From contig CP110439.1 in the NCBI GenBank assembly GCA_026914245.1, positions 1,798,001 through 1,862,000 of the forward strand: a stretch of 64,000 nt of DNA. The letters are read 5' to 3'. The notes beneath the pieces are model-generated. The model made no database searches. It worked only from the letters and a program-made list of their open reading frames with translations, and had not been told where the DNA came from. The stretch's first letter is position 1. Each line of letters starts with the position of its first letter. The DNA comes from Puccinia triticina. Taxonomy: Eukaryota. A program made the position numbers and the translations under genes. This document shows, piece after piece, positions 31,453 through 43,554 of this stretch.

Positions 31453-33414
31453 GCTGGAGCAAGGGGTCTTGGAGGAGTCAAGCGAGGGTGCCCTGGGGGT
31501 TGGAGGAGCGCACGGATGAGGTTGTTGGAGACGGCCAGGCGCAGGGGCCAATGGGGAGGGCAGAGCTGATGGAGATGAAATAGCCAATGTGGTAGACGGA
31601 AAAGTGGAAAAATAAAAGGTTTTTTCTAAGTCACATAATTACTCATACTAGGCCTCAAGATACCATCAAATGGACCCCAGAAATGGATTCTACGGCCAAT
31701 TTTTGTAAGGACCTCTGTTAGGTCTTTCACTACAGTCCAGTAGGAGGTGATCCGGAAAGGGATCCAGTGAAGTTTGGGGGCTAGACAAGACTTTGTGTCT
31801 TGGAGAGATTCTAGAACCCAACAGTATTTATTGCACAACTAGCTCAGTAGAGGTGAATCAGTTTTTCTCTACTATTTACAAGGGTGAGATAAAAGAAGAA
31901 GGGAAGAGAAAGGGAAATGGGAGAGGACATACCTAGCTCAGTAGAGGTGAATCAGTTTTTCTCTACTGAGCCAGGGAGGTGCGGAGGCGTCGAGACTAAA
32001 TGGACGCGGTGGTGGTTGCTGATGTAATTGTCCGGGACTGTTGTGTGAACCTTGCGTCGCTGTGGCTGGCGCGGGCGTCACAATTTTACCCCTAGTCACC
32101 ACTGGAAGCGTCACTGGAGCCCCTCTGGGTTGGAACCTACACTTCCTTGGACACGGGACACCCATCACATGTTCAACATACCCAGTCACCAGCCTGTCAC
32201 AAGCCTCAAGTCAAGGATCACAGTATTATGCTTATACACATCACAGGATACAAGCATACATCTCCCCATCAGACTATAGTCATCATATAGTATCAAGTAC
32301 TCTTCTATTTCCATATTATGATGTCATCACGCACTGATTCTGCAGCCTCAGACTTCATTTATGCACCCCCTGCATCCACCTGTCAACTCATGCAGCCTAC
32401 TGTCACTTTACGCAGCCTTCGTGCGGCCCTACTGCATTCTTATGACATCATTTATGTACCCCTGACACAGTATGATATCATTTGTATCTACTCTCACCAG
32501 CTAAAATCCCTCACCCTGTTGTCCAGATGGGCTGAAACCCTAACCCACAAGCCCTCTGGGGCTCCACTTCTGTCTATATAAGGAGCTCTCTCCTCCCCAG
32601 TTGTCAGCTCCTTAGCTCAGTACTCACCAGTTATTTACATACCACCCTTCACACTTACCATCACCACCACACATCACTACATCCCGTATATTTGCAAATA
32701 ACTACTGAACTCACTCTCAAAAATTTCACATACGTGTCATCGAACAACTTCATCTGGAATTAGAACAGACCTATCACTTGATTAAAACCTGCCAAGCATA
32801 GCTTGGTGGGTCTTGTTGACTGATAGCATAGAAGGGCAGAGTTTGCACCTCCATCATCACCTTCTCCATTCAGCAAAAGGGTTTCACAACCACTTTTGAG
32901 TCTTACACCAAGCAGAAAGACAGAGCCGAGGGGGAGGTTAGCTCCGAGGGGGTGGTTCCAGAGCTTAGTGGTGGCGGGGTTGCACAAGGGAGGTGAGGCC
33001 GGGGCAAGAAGAGCAAGGCCGCCGTCTTTCTGGACAATACTGGTTCAAGGCCTCGCTTTGCCGAGTACCGGACACTGTGAAAAAAACTCGAGAAAGCGCC
33101 GTCAGTTGACATGCGCAATCCAGGGTGAGACTTCCAGGACATCCACGTTCATTCCTTGATTAATCACAGGGCAGCTCAGCTAGCTCAGCATTTTAGCTCA
33201 GTATTTGCATGTGCCAAGCTCCGGAGCTGTACTGGTGCTCATTGGTCATCAACAAGGGGATGTATTTCCATACACATAATACAAGCCCTTGGAGGGAATT
33301 CCACCAGGTCGACCAGAATATGCGCCCATGTTGACTAGTAGTAAACCCTCCCGTCCTAGGCGGGGTCAACAAGGCTAGATGAAAGGGCACTCATGCCGAC
33401 CAGCCCATGTCAAC

Positions 33415-34250
33415 CTATCAGTCGACCGGGAGGGATCCCTCCCGGTTGACTATTGTATGTATCAGTTGTCTGGGAGGGATACCTCCCGGTCGACTATTGT
33501 ATGAACCTGCCGTCCGGGAGGGATCCCTCCCGTTCGGCTGATATAGGGAATATTTGTCCGGGAGGCATCCCTCCCGGTCGAGAGGTTCATACAATAGTCG
33601 ACCGGGAGGGATCCCTCCCAGAGGACTGATAAATGTATCAGTTGACCAGGAGGGATCCCTCCCGGTTGACTGCTCCATACAACAGTCGTCCGGAAGGGAT
33701 GCCTCCCGGACGACTGTTCTATGTATCAGTTGTCCGGGAGGGATCCCTCCCGGACGACAGGTTTATTCCCTCCCGGTCGACTACTGTATGTATCAGTTGT
33801 CCGGGAGGGATCCCTCCCAGTCAACTATTGTATGAAGCAGTTGACCGGGAGGGATATCTTTTGGTCAACTATTCTATTTATCAGTCAACCGGGAGGGATG
33901 CCTCCCGGACAACTTTTCCATGTATTAGTTGACTGGGAGGGATCCCTCCCAGTCGGCTGTCCTATGTCTTTGTTGGACGGGAGGGATCCCTCCGAGTCAA
34001 GTACTGTATGAAGCAGTTGACCGGAGAGGTCCCTCTTGGTTGACTGTTCTATGTACATATTTGTCGACCAGGAGGGATTCTTCCCAGTCAAAAATTGTAT
34101 GAAGCAGTTGTCCGGGAGGTATCAGGATCCCTCCCAGACAGCTATTCTATGTATCAGTCAACCGGGAGTATCAGTTGACCAGGAGGGATCCCTCTTGGTC
34201 AACATGGGTGGATTTTGCCTAGTTGGTTGGCTGGGGGGATCCCTCCTGCT
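33415..34250. repeat. Tandem array of ~39-40-bp palindromic units (GACCGGGAGGGATCCCTCCCGGTC core), about 20 copies
   Basis: Degenerate palindromic units separated by ~12-nt AT-rich linkers, visible directly. Confidence 0.9.
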
Positions 34251-34678
34251 TGACAAAGGTGCTGACATGTACCTAGGTGCTACTGCCGTGCCAGCTGAGC
34301 AACTCAAAAGTGAGTGCACTAAGTTAAGGTGCAGCTGGTGTGGCTCAGTAGAGTCTTAAAATACTGCTTAGCCTGGGCTGTTGAGCAACTTCCAAATGGA
34401 AGACTTCCCGTAGGATCTACGCCCCCCGGACTGAATAAAATTTCACAGATCTGTCACCCAATAGATTTCCTGACAGATCTGTCCGTCCGTAAGCACACAA
34501 CATGTGTACATACAAACAAACCCAACAGACATAGATTCTAGACAGCACGCTGGACGACAAACCTCTGGATACATCAACTGCTCCAAGCTCACCACTCATC
34601 TCATCATTGTGAGTTTTTTTCTTTTGGTTTTTGAAATGCTCCTGTAAAATTGCTCAAGATATCTTGCACCTTAAGACA

Positions 34679-36025
34679 GATGGATCCCAACTATTTTACT
34701 CCGGCTTACGATGTTCTCCGTGATTTCAACGAGGCAAACAAGCAAGCCAATGAAGATGATGAAGGCCTGCTGGCGATGGCTATGAACCTTTTTCAAGGAA
34801 AAAGGCAGCAGTATCGCACCATTCACACTTACCTAACTCGAGCGGACCTTTTCCCAAGCCCCCGATCAACCAGCCCGTGGCTTCAAATGCTGCATGCTGC
34901 CAACGATCGAGCTTTTATCACAACAGTTGGAATGAACATTCAAACATTTAATTATCTCCTGAAGCCCTTCAAAAACCAATGGACAGATCAGACAGTCCCC
35001 CGCACCGACGTCAATCGTTATGGAGAACCCCGCCTCCATCGCCGATCTTTAGATGCAGCAGGCTGCTTGGCCTTAGTGCTTCACTGGCTGAACTCGACAA
35101 TGGCGGAGTACACACTTCAGCAAATTTTTGCAATCACTCCATCTGTCTGCTCGCGATATCTGGCTTGTGGTCTTATGCATCTCTTGGACGTTCTTAGGAC
35201 GTTACCCAAGAGTGAAATTTGATGGCCTAATCTCAGCGAGCTGGAACGTTACCGGGCCATGATTGAAGGCAAGTTCCCGCTTTTGACGGGTTGTTTTGGC
35301 TTCGTCAACGGCTTAAATATCCCTGTGCTTGTTTCAGGTGATGAAGAGTAAGCAGCTCAAGTTTACAGCTTTTACATGGTGAACAATACTGATTACCTTC
35401 CATTGATTCAAATATGTAGCTTGCAAAATGCTCATTACAATGGTTGGACTTGCTCACATTATTGCAGCAATGTCCTCACATTTGTACCCAATGGGACAAT
35501 CATACATGCCATAATAAATGCACCGGGATCGTGGCACGGCTCAAATATTGCGGAGAAGCTTTATGTTACTCTCCTTGAAGACACACCACCCGGGTACTGT
35601 ATTATCAGCGACACCGCCTTTCCGCGGAAAACCCCTCGCTTGGAGCAGCGTATCTTGGCACCCATCAAGACGGGTGATAAAGTCCCAGCAGATCCTTTGG
35701 CTGCTGCAAGACTCCTGAGGTTGAATCATCAACTTGTATCAGCCCGGCAAGCTGCTGAATGGGGGATGCGATCCATTCAGGGTTCATTTGCACGCCTCAA
35801 GCTACCTCTGCCCGCTAGCGATGCAAAGACACGACGAGGCCTACTTGAGATTGTATGTCGACTGCACCAGCTTTGATGCCGGATGGTTGGTATCAATCAG
35901 ATTCGGGAATTATATGAAAATGTGTGGCGCGATGGAGATCGCGAGATGTATGGTTTACTTAGAAGTATGCTGTTTTCGGACATAGCACGGTCTAGTCGGA
36001 TTTCAAGATACTACCGCTACATATA
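34679..36025 (+). pseudogene. DDE_Tnp_4-type (Harbinger) transposase pseudogene
   Basis: GCFGFVNG, YNGW..H..SNV, NAPGSWH, ISDTAF, SARQAAEWGMRSIQGSF.RL. In-frame TGA at 35220-35222 and 35874-35876. One intron near 35348-35419. Confidence 0.85.
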
Positions 36026-36345
36026 GCTCTTTTTTTGTTCCTTTTTTCTGTTCCAAAAAGAAATCATCACATTGGTTTTGCTTTACAAGTATGATGTTGT
36101 TGAGTCTATAGAGAATTCATCATAGAAAACAAGGTTGAATTCCCTTTTTTGAGCTTAACACACCTCTCAGCAAGCTATCTGGCCGATATATATTAAGAAT
36201 CAAAGGTAGGATGCATTTGGTGAGAAAAAAATGTGCAATTGATTTCACTTCCAAGACTCCTGAAGGGCTCGGGACTGCTGGTGACATTCTAACACTTAAA
36301 AAACAGTGAAACTGAGAGAGACCAAAAACATATCTTTCTTTCAAC

Positions 36346-36600
36346 CTATGTGACTGAGTGAGACAGACCGGTTGCCTTTTTTTCGCGGGAAAGGTTATGA
36401 AATTTGGTTTTGATTGACTCAACTGTACGGTTCATATGGCCGGCACTTTGAGCATATTCATGGTATATATCAAGGGCCCGGTTCCACTCGTTTTGTCCAA
36501 TTGGTAGAACTCGGCCTATGGCGTCGACCAGAGCACACATATCGGCGATGCTGTAGCCTTGCAAACCAGCCACTCGTCCGGGACAGTTTACTCAAGTTGG
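36346..36600 (-). pseudogene. Myb/SANT-like DNA-binding accessory ORF fragment of the transposon
   Basis: LVDAIGRVLPIGQNEWNRALDIY..RTVESIKTKFHNL..KKATG. Confidence 0.65.
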
Positions 36601-37210
36601 TTGGGTGAGGGGAAGGCTGGGGGGCTGGGTGGGATCGAGGGACTGTGAACGTTGAGGAGGCATCGCGGGCGGGCTGGCTGTTGACGTGCGTTGGGGAGGA
36701 GACGCCGGCTGCCCAGTTGGTGGTTAAGCGGCCTGAAAATCTACCAGGCACTGGTAGATCTGTTAGTAACAGATCTGTGAAATTTTATTCTGTCCGGGGG
36801 GCGTAGATCCTACGGGAAGTCTTCCAATATTCCAGGTTGCACCACCCTGAGATTTGCTTTGTATCAGGCTTGTTTCAAGGGGACTGAACTCCAGTATACT
36901 GCATGTCAACTGACACCAGTTTCTTGAGTTTTTTTCATAGTGGGAACAATCCGACCAGAGGGACGAGGCTGGGAGAGGAAGGCTCCGTTCTAGTTAACAG
37001 AAGGCGCACAATGTCCTCCAGTTGCCGGATGCGGGCCTTGTAGTTTCCATTGGCCTGGTAAGAGGGCTTGTTGGAGCCCATGCTGAGAGTATGAGGTTGT
37101 GATGGCAAGATTGAGCTCAGTTTGGGTGGTGAAATGGACAAGACAAAAAGAAAAAATGTGGATTTGGACGGAACGGAGACAGATTTTGGATTGGATCGGA
37201 CGGGCGGACG

Positions 37211-37305
37211 GAACGGATTTGGACGCACAGAACGGATTTGGACGCACAGAACGGATTTGGACGCACAGAACGGATTTGGACGCACAGAACGGATTTGGAC
37301 ACACG
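37211..37305. repeat. 19-bp tandem repeat GAACGGATTTGGACGCACA x5
   Basis: Seen directly, in the leader of the LARD-like element. Confidence 0.92.
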
Positions 37306-38976
37306 GAATGGATTTCAGAACGGACAGACAGATGATTTTGTGTAACGGAACAGAAAAAAAGGAGGGGGGGAGTTTGGGTTTTAGAAAAAAAAAGTGTAAG
37401 GGTTGAATCCCTTCACTCAAGCTGGAGACGGAGGAGCAGCGGAACGGGCGCGGAGGCGGAGTTCTAGGACCAAACTCTGGGGGCTTTGATTACTAGATCT
37501 GGCTGGCTCAGAGAGAAGAGGGATCAGTTCTCTCTGTGAGAAGCATGAGAGAGAAAGACAAGAGAAGAATGAAAGAGCTTACCTGGCTCAGAGAGAAGAG
37601 GAATCAGTTCTCTGCTGAGCCAGGGATGAAAGATGACTGGGCTATATACAATACTGTGACAGGCTTGTGTCATCCAATGACATCTTGTAAGCCCAACAGA
37701 GGAGGGGGCTTACACACTTGCGCCTTAGCCGAGATTTTTGTGTGAGCCTTTCCAAATTTTGATTTTTGAACTGTGTCTAAGCACATCTCACAAACATCAA
37801 GAGTTTTTGCCACCGGACGTTCTTCTAGTAATTTTGAGCTTTTGCCACTCTATCTTCATTGCTCATATAAATTTGAACTTTTTAGCTTTCTCATCCCCCC
37901 CAAGCTCAGTTAACATCAAACCATCTGTTCTTTATCAAAAGATTAAGATAAGACAAATTCTTTTTCCAAAGAAGGACAGTCTTCAAAAATTATATCAAAA
38001 GTAAATGATGGTTATTCAAACAACAGAAAGAAGGGGGCGGAAAGAAGAGATACAAGCGCAAGAGGCACTCGGATCAAAATGTGGCAGGAAAGTGTCATGT
38101 TGAACTTGGAGAGGAAAATAAGAGTGCAAAACTGCTGAAAACTGCTTCAGGCTTGTTCACCGCTTGCGGGTAAGTCCCTCCTGCGGAGGTCGCGCGAGGG
38201 ACTGAGTGAAGTTTGCTTCAGGCTTTTCCTGGGAGTTAAATATGTCCCTCTGGCAAGCCCTTGGCCCAATGCCGTGAGGGACGAGTGAATTCATGAACGC
38301 CAGAACGTCAAATATGTAGACATCCCTCACCTGTGAGGCTGTACTGAAGATTCCGTCCTTATTTTTGTCCTACATTGTGAACGGACTGCCTTTCCACTTT
38401 ACCCTTGTGTTTCTGGAACATTTTGTGCGGCTAAACGGGGTCTGTAATTATTCTGTTTGAAAGCTTTACATAATTCGGGCACGTCTCTTGGCATTCACCA
38501 TCCTTCGACATACTATGTCACTCATGATCACCAAGTGATCGACATTGAACATCAAGTAAATACATACAAAGGAGCGGAGGATTCCAAGACTAACCTTCGT
38601 TCTACGGATCATGTATGTATCATATTGTAGGCGGATGTGTCCCGTTCGCCAATCCAGGCCAAACCTCCGGACTCTCGATAGAGCAACAGGCTGGCAGCTG
38701 CTCTTCATATGTCCCAGATCAATGATATAAATATGAGGGTGTGGGCTACCCAAAACCCCGCTCACATCCATCCTTACGACTGGATCCCTTCACTCATCAT
38801 TTTTTGATTCTAGCGCTAGACGCCAGCATATTCCGCCGACCTCATACGCCAGCTTCAAACGCTGACCAGCCATAGACTTGTACACAAAAAACCACTTACC
38901 GTTGAAGTTGAACGTTTGACACGAGCAACTTACCCCGAGCCCATTTATAACTTTTTTTTACTTAAACTTCAACAAA

Positions 38977-41900
38977 ATGACGAACTCTGAAATCCCAGCC
39001 AAAGCACGAAACTTCGACAAAACCTTCGAGGAAGAAAAGGCCGCCACAAAATGTCTGGTTGACATGAAGACCATTCAGCTTACTGCTGAAGACCTCTACG
39101 ATCGCGAGAAGGTCGACCTCGAACAAGTAGAGCTCGAAGACGTTTGGGTGCTGTTGCAGTGAGTAAACCAGCTGTAGTTACAATCTGGCAATGACTGACA
39201 AGCTGCCTTCTGCACTCCTAGAACAAGCAAAAATGGCCTGGATGCCGCTGAAGTCGAACGGCAACGGGCAATATTTGGTCCCAATCGTTTGGAGGAAAAA
39301 TCCGTTAATCCGTTCTTACAGTTCTTGAGTTTCATGTGGAAGTAAGTTCAAATTCTCCAGACATCCGATACCAACATGCGTGAACTTAACATGGGACTGG
39401 GTTCGTATTAGCCCATTGTTGTGGGTCATGGAAGGCGCGGCAGTAGTCTCGATTGCGCTCTCCAACGGAGAAAATCGCCCCCCAGACTGGCAGGATTTTG
39501 TCGGTATTATGGCTTTGCTCCTCATTGTAAGTCATTCATCATGAGCTAGCATTGGAGAGATGAAAGCCTCATCTGAGCTTCTCTTCTTGTCCGCAGAACT
39601 CCGGGATTGGATACTACGAAGAGAGGTCCGCCGGCAATGCTGTCAAAGCCCTCATGGATTCCCTTGCCCCAAAAGCGAAGGCGCGGCGTAACGGAAGCTG
39701 GTCAGAAATTGACTCAGCTGATTTAGTCCCAGGCGATATTGTTGCTTTCAAGGTGGGTTCCTTCATTCCGCCGTACTAATCATCTACTCTTTGCTAGGTT
39801 TTCTGATTGTCCTCTTTCCAGATTGGTGATGTGGTGCCCGGAGATTGTCGTCTGTACAACGCAATTAACGTCAGCATTGACCAAGCGGCCTTGACCGGTG
39901 AATCGCTTCCAATTTCCAAATCAGTCGGCGATCAATGTTTCTCGGGATCCATCTGCAAGCAGGGCAAAGCTGAGGGCATTGTGAGTGCTACCGGTGCCAA
40001 CACATTCTTCGGACGAGCTGCCACCCTGGTCGGTGCAGAAAATGATTCTACCGGACACATGCAAGCAGTTTTGGCGCTCTCTTGTGACTTACACCAAAGA
40101 GAGAGGACTGATTTTTATTTCCCAATTGTACAGATTGGTGGCTTCTGTCTGGTCTCAATTGGCATTGCCATTGCACTTGGTGAGTAATCTCCATCATTTC
40201 TTTGATTGAAGACCAGACCGCTGATTTCCCCTCGACTGCAGAGCTCATCGTTCTCTACGGGGCATTCCGCTACTCTTACCGCCGTGGTTTGGACAACATC
40301 CTCGTGCTGCTCATTGGCGGTATCCCAATCGCTATGCCCACGGTTTTATCGGTCACTCTCGCTGTCGGTATAAAGTTATGGACAACTAAGAATTTTATTT
40401 CTTGTCAGATTCTGAGTGGAAAACTATGTACAATTGCAATGAATTTGATTCCGTATAAGTTGAAATGCCAATTACCTAAGAGCAGGCGAATTTGCCGTGT
40501 CTCTGAGCTTTATGTGTAGAGTGGAAATTGGGGCACGAAGCCTAGGAGTGAGAATTGGAAGGAAGTGGGATCGGCTAGGAACTGAAGAGAGGAATAAGGC
40601 TGTGTCTTTCTCTTGGATAACAAATTGACACGCTGCGTTAGCATGCTGATTTATGATCGTCTTAATGCGACTAGTGAAGGTTGTTTACCTCTTGAGTTCA
40701 GCGCACTCGTGTCTATACTGTCGAGTCTATTAGACTGTGGAATTGTTCCTGTGGGAACTGCGGATGAGCGGTGCTCAAATTAGCGAGCTGTTGCCTGAGC
40801 ACTTCGTAAGTGGATAGCTTACTCGTTTGTCTTGGGGCTGATACGAGCTGATAGGTTGTCTGAGCTGTTTACGCGGCTGGATATTCTTTGAGACAGTGAG
40901 CTGTGATGTATGAGCGATGATTAGTCTTGTGCCTCATTCATGATCTCAAGACTGCTCTTTAAGTACTCACGAGACCGAAGGTTCTGGAATCGCGGCTGCC
41001 TTGGAGTTGTTAGATCTTTCCGTCGCGGCTTGCGCCCTCGGAGTCTGGTTGCTCGTTTCACCTGCTGTGTTTGGAGATGGTACAAGTCGGAGTTAGCGAC
41101 TGTCTATGTGGCTTGGTTTGAGCTATTGTCTGAGAGGGTGAAACTTGGAACTTACGTTGCTGTGCAACATAGTCTGTTTGCCCCCTGCGCCGTTTGGCGG
41201 GTTGCGCAGCTGGCACTGTATTCTGACAGTCGGTGCTCAACAGCTCGCCAAGTACAAGGCCATTGTCACCCGTATCACGGCTATCGAAGAACTTGCGGGT
41301 GTCACTATCCTGTGTTCTGACAAGACCGGCACTCTGACCACGAACAAGCTCACAATTGACAAATCGACCATCAAGACCTACTCGGATGTCGGACCGGAAG
41401 ACGTCTGTGTTCTGGCCTCATACGCTTCCCGGATTGAGAACCAGGATGCTATTGATGGATGCGTGGTTGGCACTGTTGGAGCTGATGTTGCGCGTCGAGG
41501 GATCAAACTCGTGGACTTCAAGCCATTCGATCCTGTTTCAAAACGAACGGAGATAACCTACATCGATGTTGCCACTGGGGAAATGCGCCGAGTTACCAAG
41601 GGTATGACCGGAAAGATCATGGACCTGTGCACTTACAACAAGACCGAACAAATCGAACAACAACTTGAGGCCGATGTTGAAGAGTTTGCCCGCCGAGGTT
41701 TGCGAGCTCTGGCTGTGGCTTATGAAGACGTTCCGAGTGGCGACGCCGAAGGACCTGGAAGTGGATTCCAACTCATTGGCCTCTTGTCCATCTTCGACCC
41801 TCCCCGCGATGACACCAAGCAAACCATTGACGACGCTGTTAGCCTCGGACTCAAGGTTAAGATGGTCACCGGTGATCAACTTGCTATCGCAAAGGAAACC

Positions 41901-43554
41901 GGACGGCGATTGGGTTTGGGTGACAATATGTTTGCCTCCAAGGTGCTTAAAGAAGGTCCCCCACCTGGAAGCAAATTTTCATCGGTGGACAGCATGATTC
42001 TTGGTGGGCTTCTAATTCTGAATACGCCTATACGCCTCCCTAATTACATGACAACTGACTACCAAACTCCTTCTGCGCACAGATGCCGATGGATTTGCTG
42101 GAGTGTACCCCGAGCACAAGTATGAGATTGTCAAAAAATTACAGAGCCTGGGACACATGGTTGCTATGAGTGAGTGCTTTTAATCTGTTCTGCTCGACCA
42201 AAAACCAACTAAATCCAACACTATCTTTTCCCCCTCCACAGCCGGTGATGGCGCCAACGATGCTCCTGCTGTAAGTTCAGATTCTGATGTGTGAACCTTT
42301 TCAAAACACCTTATTCATTTATTTTTGCTGCTTGACTATCTAGCTTGCCCGAGCCAACGTTGGAATCGCCGTTGAGGGTGCGACTGATGCCGCCAGAGGA
42401 GCCGCAGACATTGTCCTCACCGAGCCCGGTCTATCAACCATTGTCCACGCCATCCGACAGTCGCGAATTGTCTTCCAGCGGATGAGGAACTACTCAATCT
42501 ACGCATGCGCTGTTACCATCCGGATTGTTGTTGGATTCGCGATCATGGCTTATGCCTTCCAGTTTGATTTCCCTCCCTTCATGGTCCTGGTTATTGCTAT
42601 CTTGAACGACGGAACTGTCATGACTATTTCCCTCGATCGTGTCTTACCCAACAACGAACCTGATCACTGGGACCTGGCTGAGATCTGTGAGTAATCTTGG
42701 CCTTCATCATTTGTAGCTATACTAAAATTACTCTTCACAATGGCAGTCACATACGCCGTTGCATATGGCCTTCACCTCGCTTTGTCAACCATCCTCCTGT
42801 TTGTGGTCATCGTCAACACAACATTTTTCGAGGACAACTTCGGCCTATCACCTTTGAAGGAGGCCAATAACCCTCAGTTACACATGGTTATTTACCTTCA
42901 AGTGGCTATCATCTCTCAAGCTCTGATCTTCATCACTCGATCTCAGGGCTGGTTTTTCATGGAGAGGCCCTCTTTGGCATTGGTTGGCGCGTTTTGCATT
43001 GCTCAAACTGTTGCCTCATTGTTAGCCGTATTCGGAACCATGGAATTTTCATCTGTTCAAGCCATCCCACTGTCCTGGGTTGGTGTGGCATGGGCCTGGA
43101 ACTTGATCTGGTTCCTCCCAATGGGTATGATCTCAATATTTTCTTCTTCTTTTGTGCTTGTGAAATATCTGCATATAACTGATTGCTGCCTCTCACTCTT
43201 TCCAGACTTGATCAAATTTTCCACTCGCGCCTTGATCAGAAAGTACCGTGCCAGTCAAAAATCCAAACATCCAATTGCAGTTCCTGCCCCAGCTGAGAAG
43301 AAGCACGAGAGTGCCGGATCCTTGTACAACAACAGACTAAGCTTCATCCAACGCGCCGAGCACTCCCAAGCCGTCCGCCGATCCCTGCATGGGCAGGTTC
43401 AAACCTCTGAGCGTGATTTACGCAGGTGGGAACTACAAGCCTTTGCTTCTGCCGTGTAAATTGCTCATACTGATTGCTGTCTTCGCACCTTGCTTTACAC
43501 AGGTTCTCATCTGCACAAGTCGTATCCACAAGCGCGGCTCTTAAGCGATCATAA
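38977..43554 (+). pseudogene. PMA: Plasma-membrane H+-ATPase (P3A, plant-type), with an exonic insertion and likely decaying
   Basis: [49 protein letters not shown] across many canonical introns. Insertion at 40369-41228. Lost donor near 40077. Confidence 0.85.
40369..41228 (-). mobile_element. Solo-LTR-like insertion in an ATPase coding exon
   Basis: Flanked by GTCGG(T) duplication at 40364-40368 and 41229-41233. Minus strand starts TGTCAGA and ends with AATAAA..TTTATA. Non-coding. Confidence 0.8.

Larger units (their letters stand above)
34398..36825. mobile_element. PIF/Harbinger-group (PHIS) DNA transposon, degenerate
   Basis: ~55-bp TIRs GGAAGACTTCCCGTAGGATCTACGCCCCCCGGAC, 3-bp TSD AAT, DDE transposase on + and a Myb/SANT-like ORF on -. 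Confidence 0.88.
29423..37714 (-). mobile_element. Non-autonomous (LARD-like) LTR element with nested insertions
   Basis: 320-bp TG..CA LTRs at 29423-29742 and 37395-37714, with 3 mismatches seen. 5-bp TSD CACTT. Minus-strand PPT AGGAGGGGAGAC at 29743-29754. No RT or IN ORF. Confidence 0.88.

Noticed and set aside
32194..33080. Additional plus-strand LTR starting TGTCACA
   Set aside because: It is LTR-like (TATATAA near 32575), but no matching end or TSD was found.
33415..34250. CRISPR-like palindromic repeat array
   Set aside because: The linkers are ~12 nt and similar to each other, there are no cas genes, and the context is eukaryotic TE sequence.
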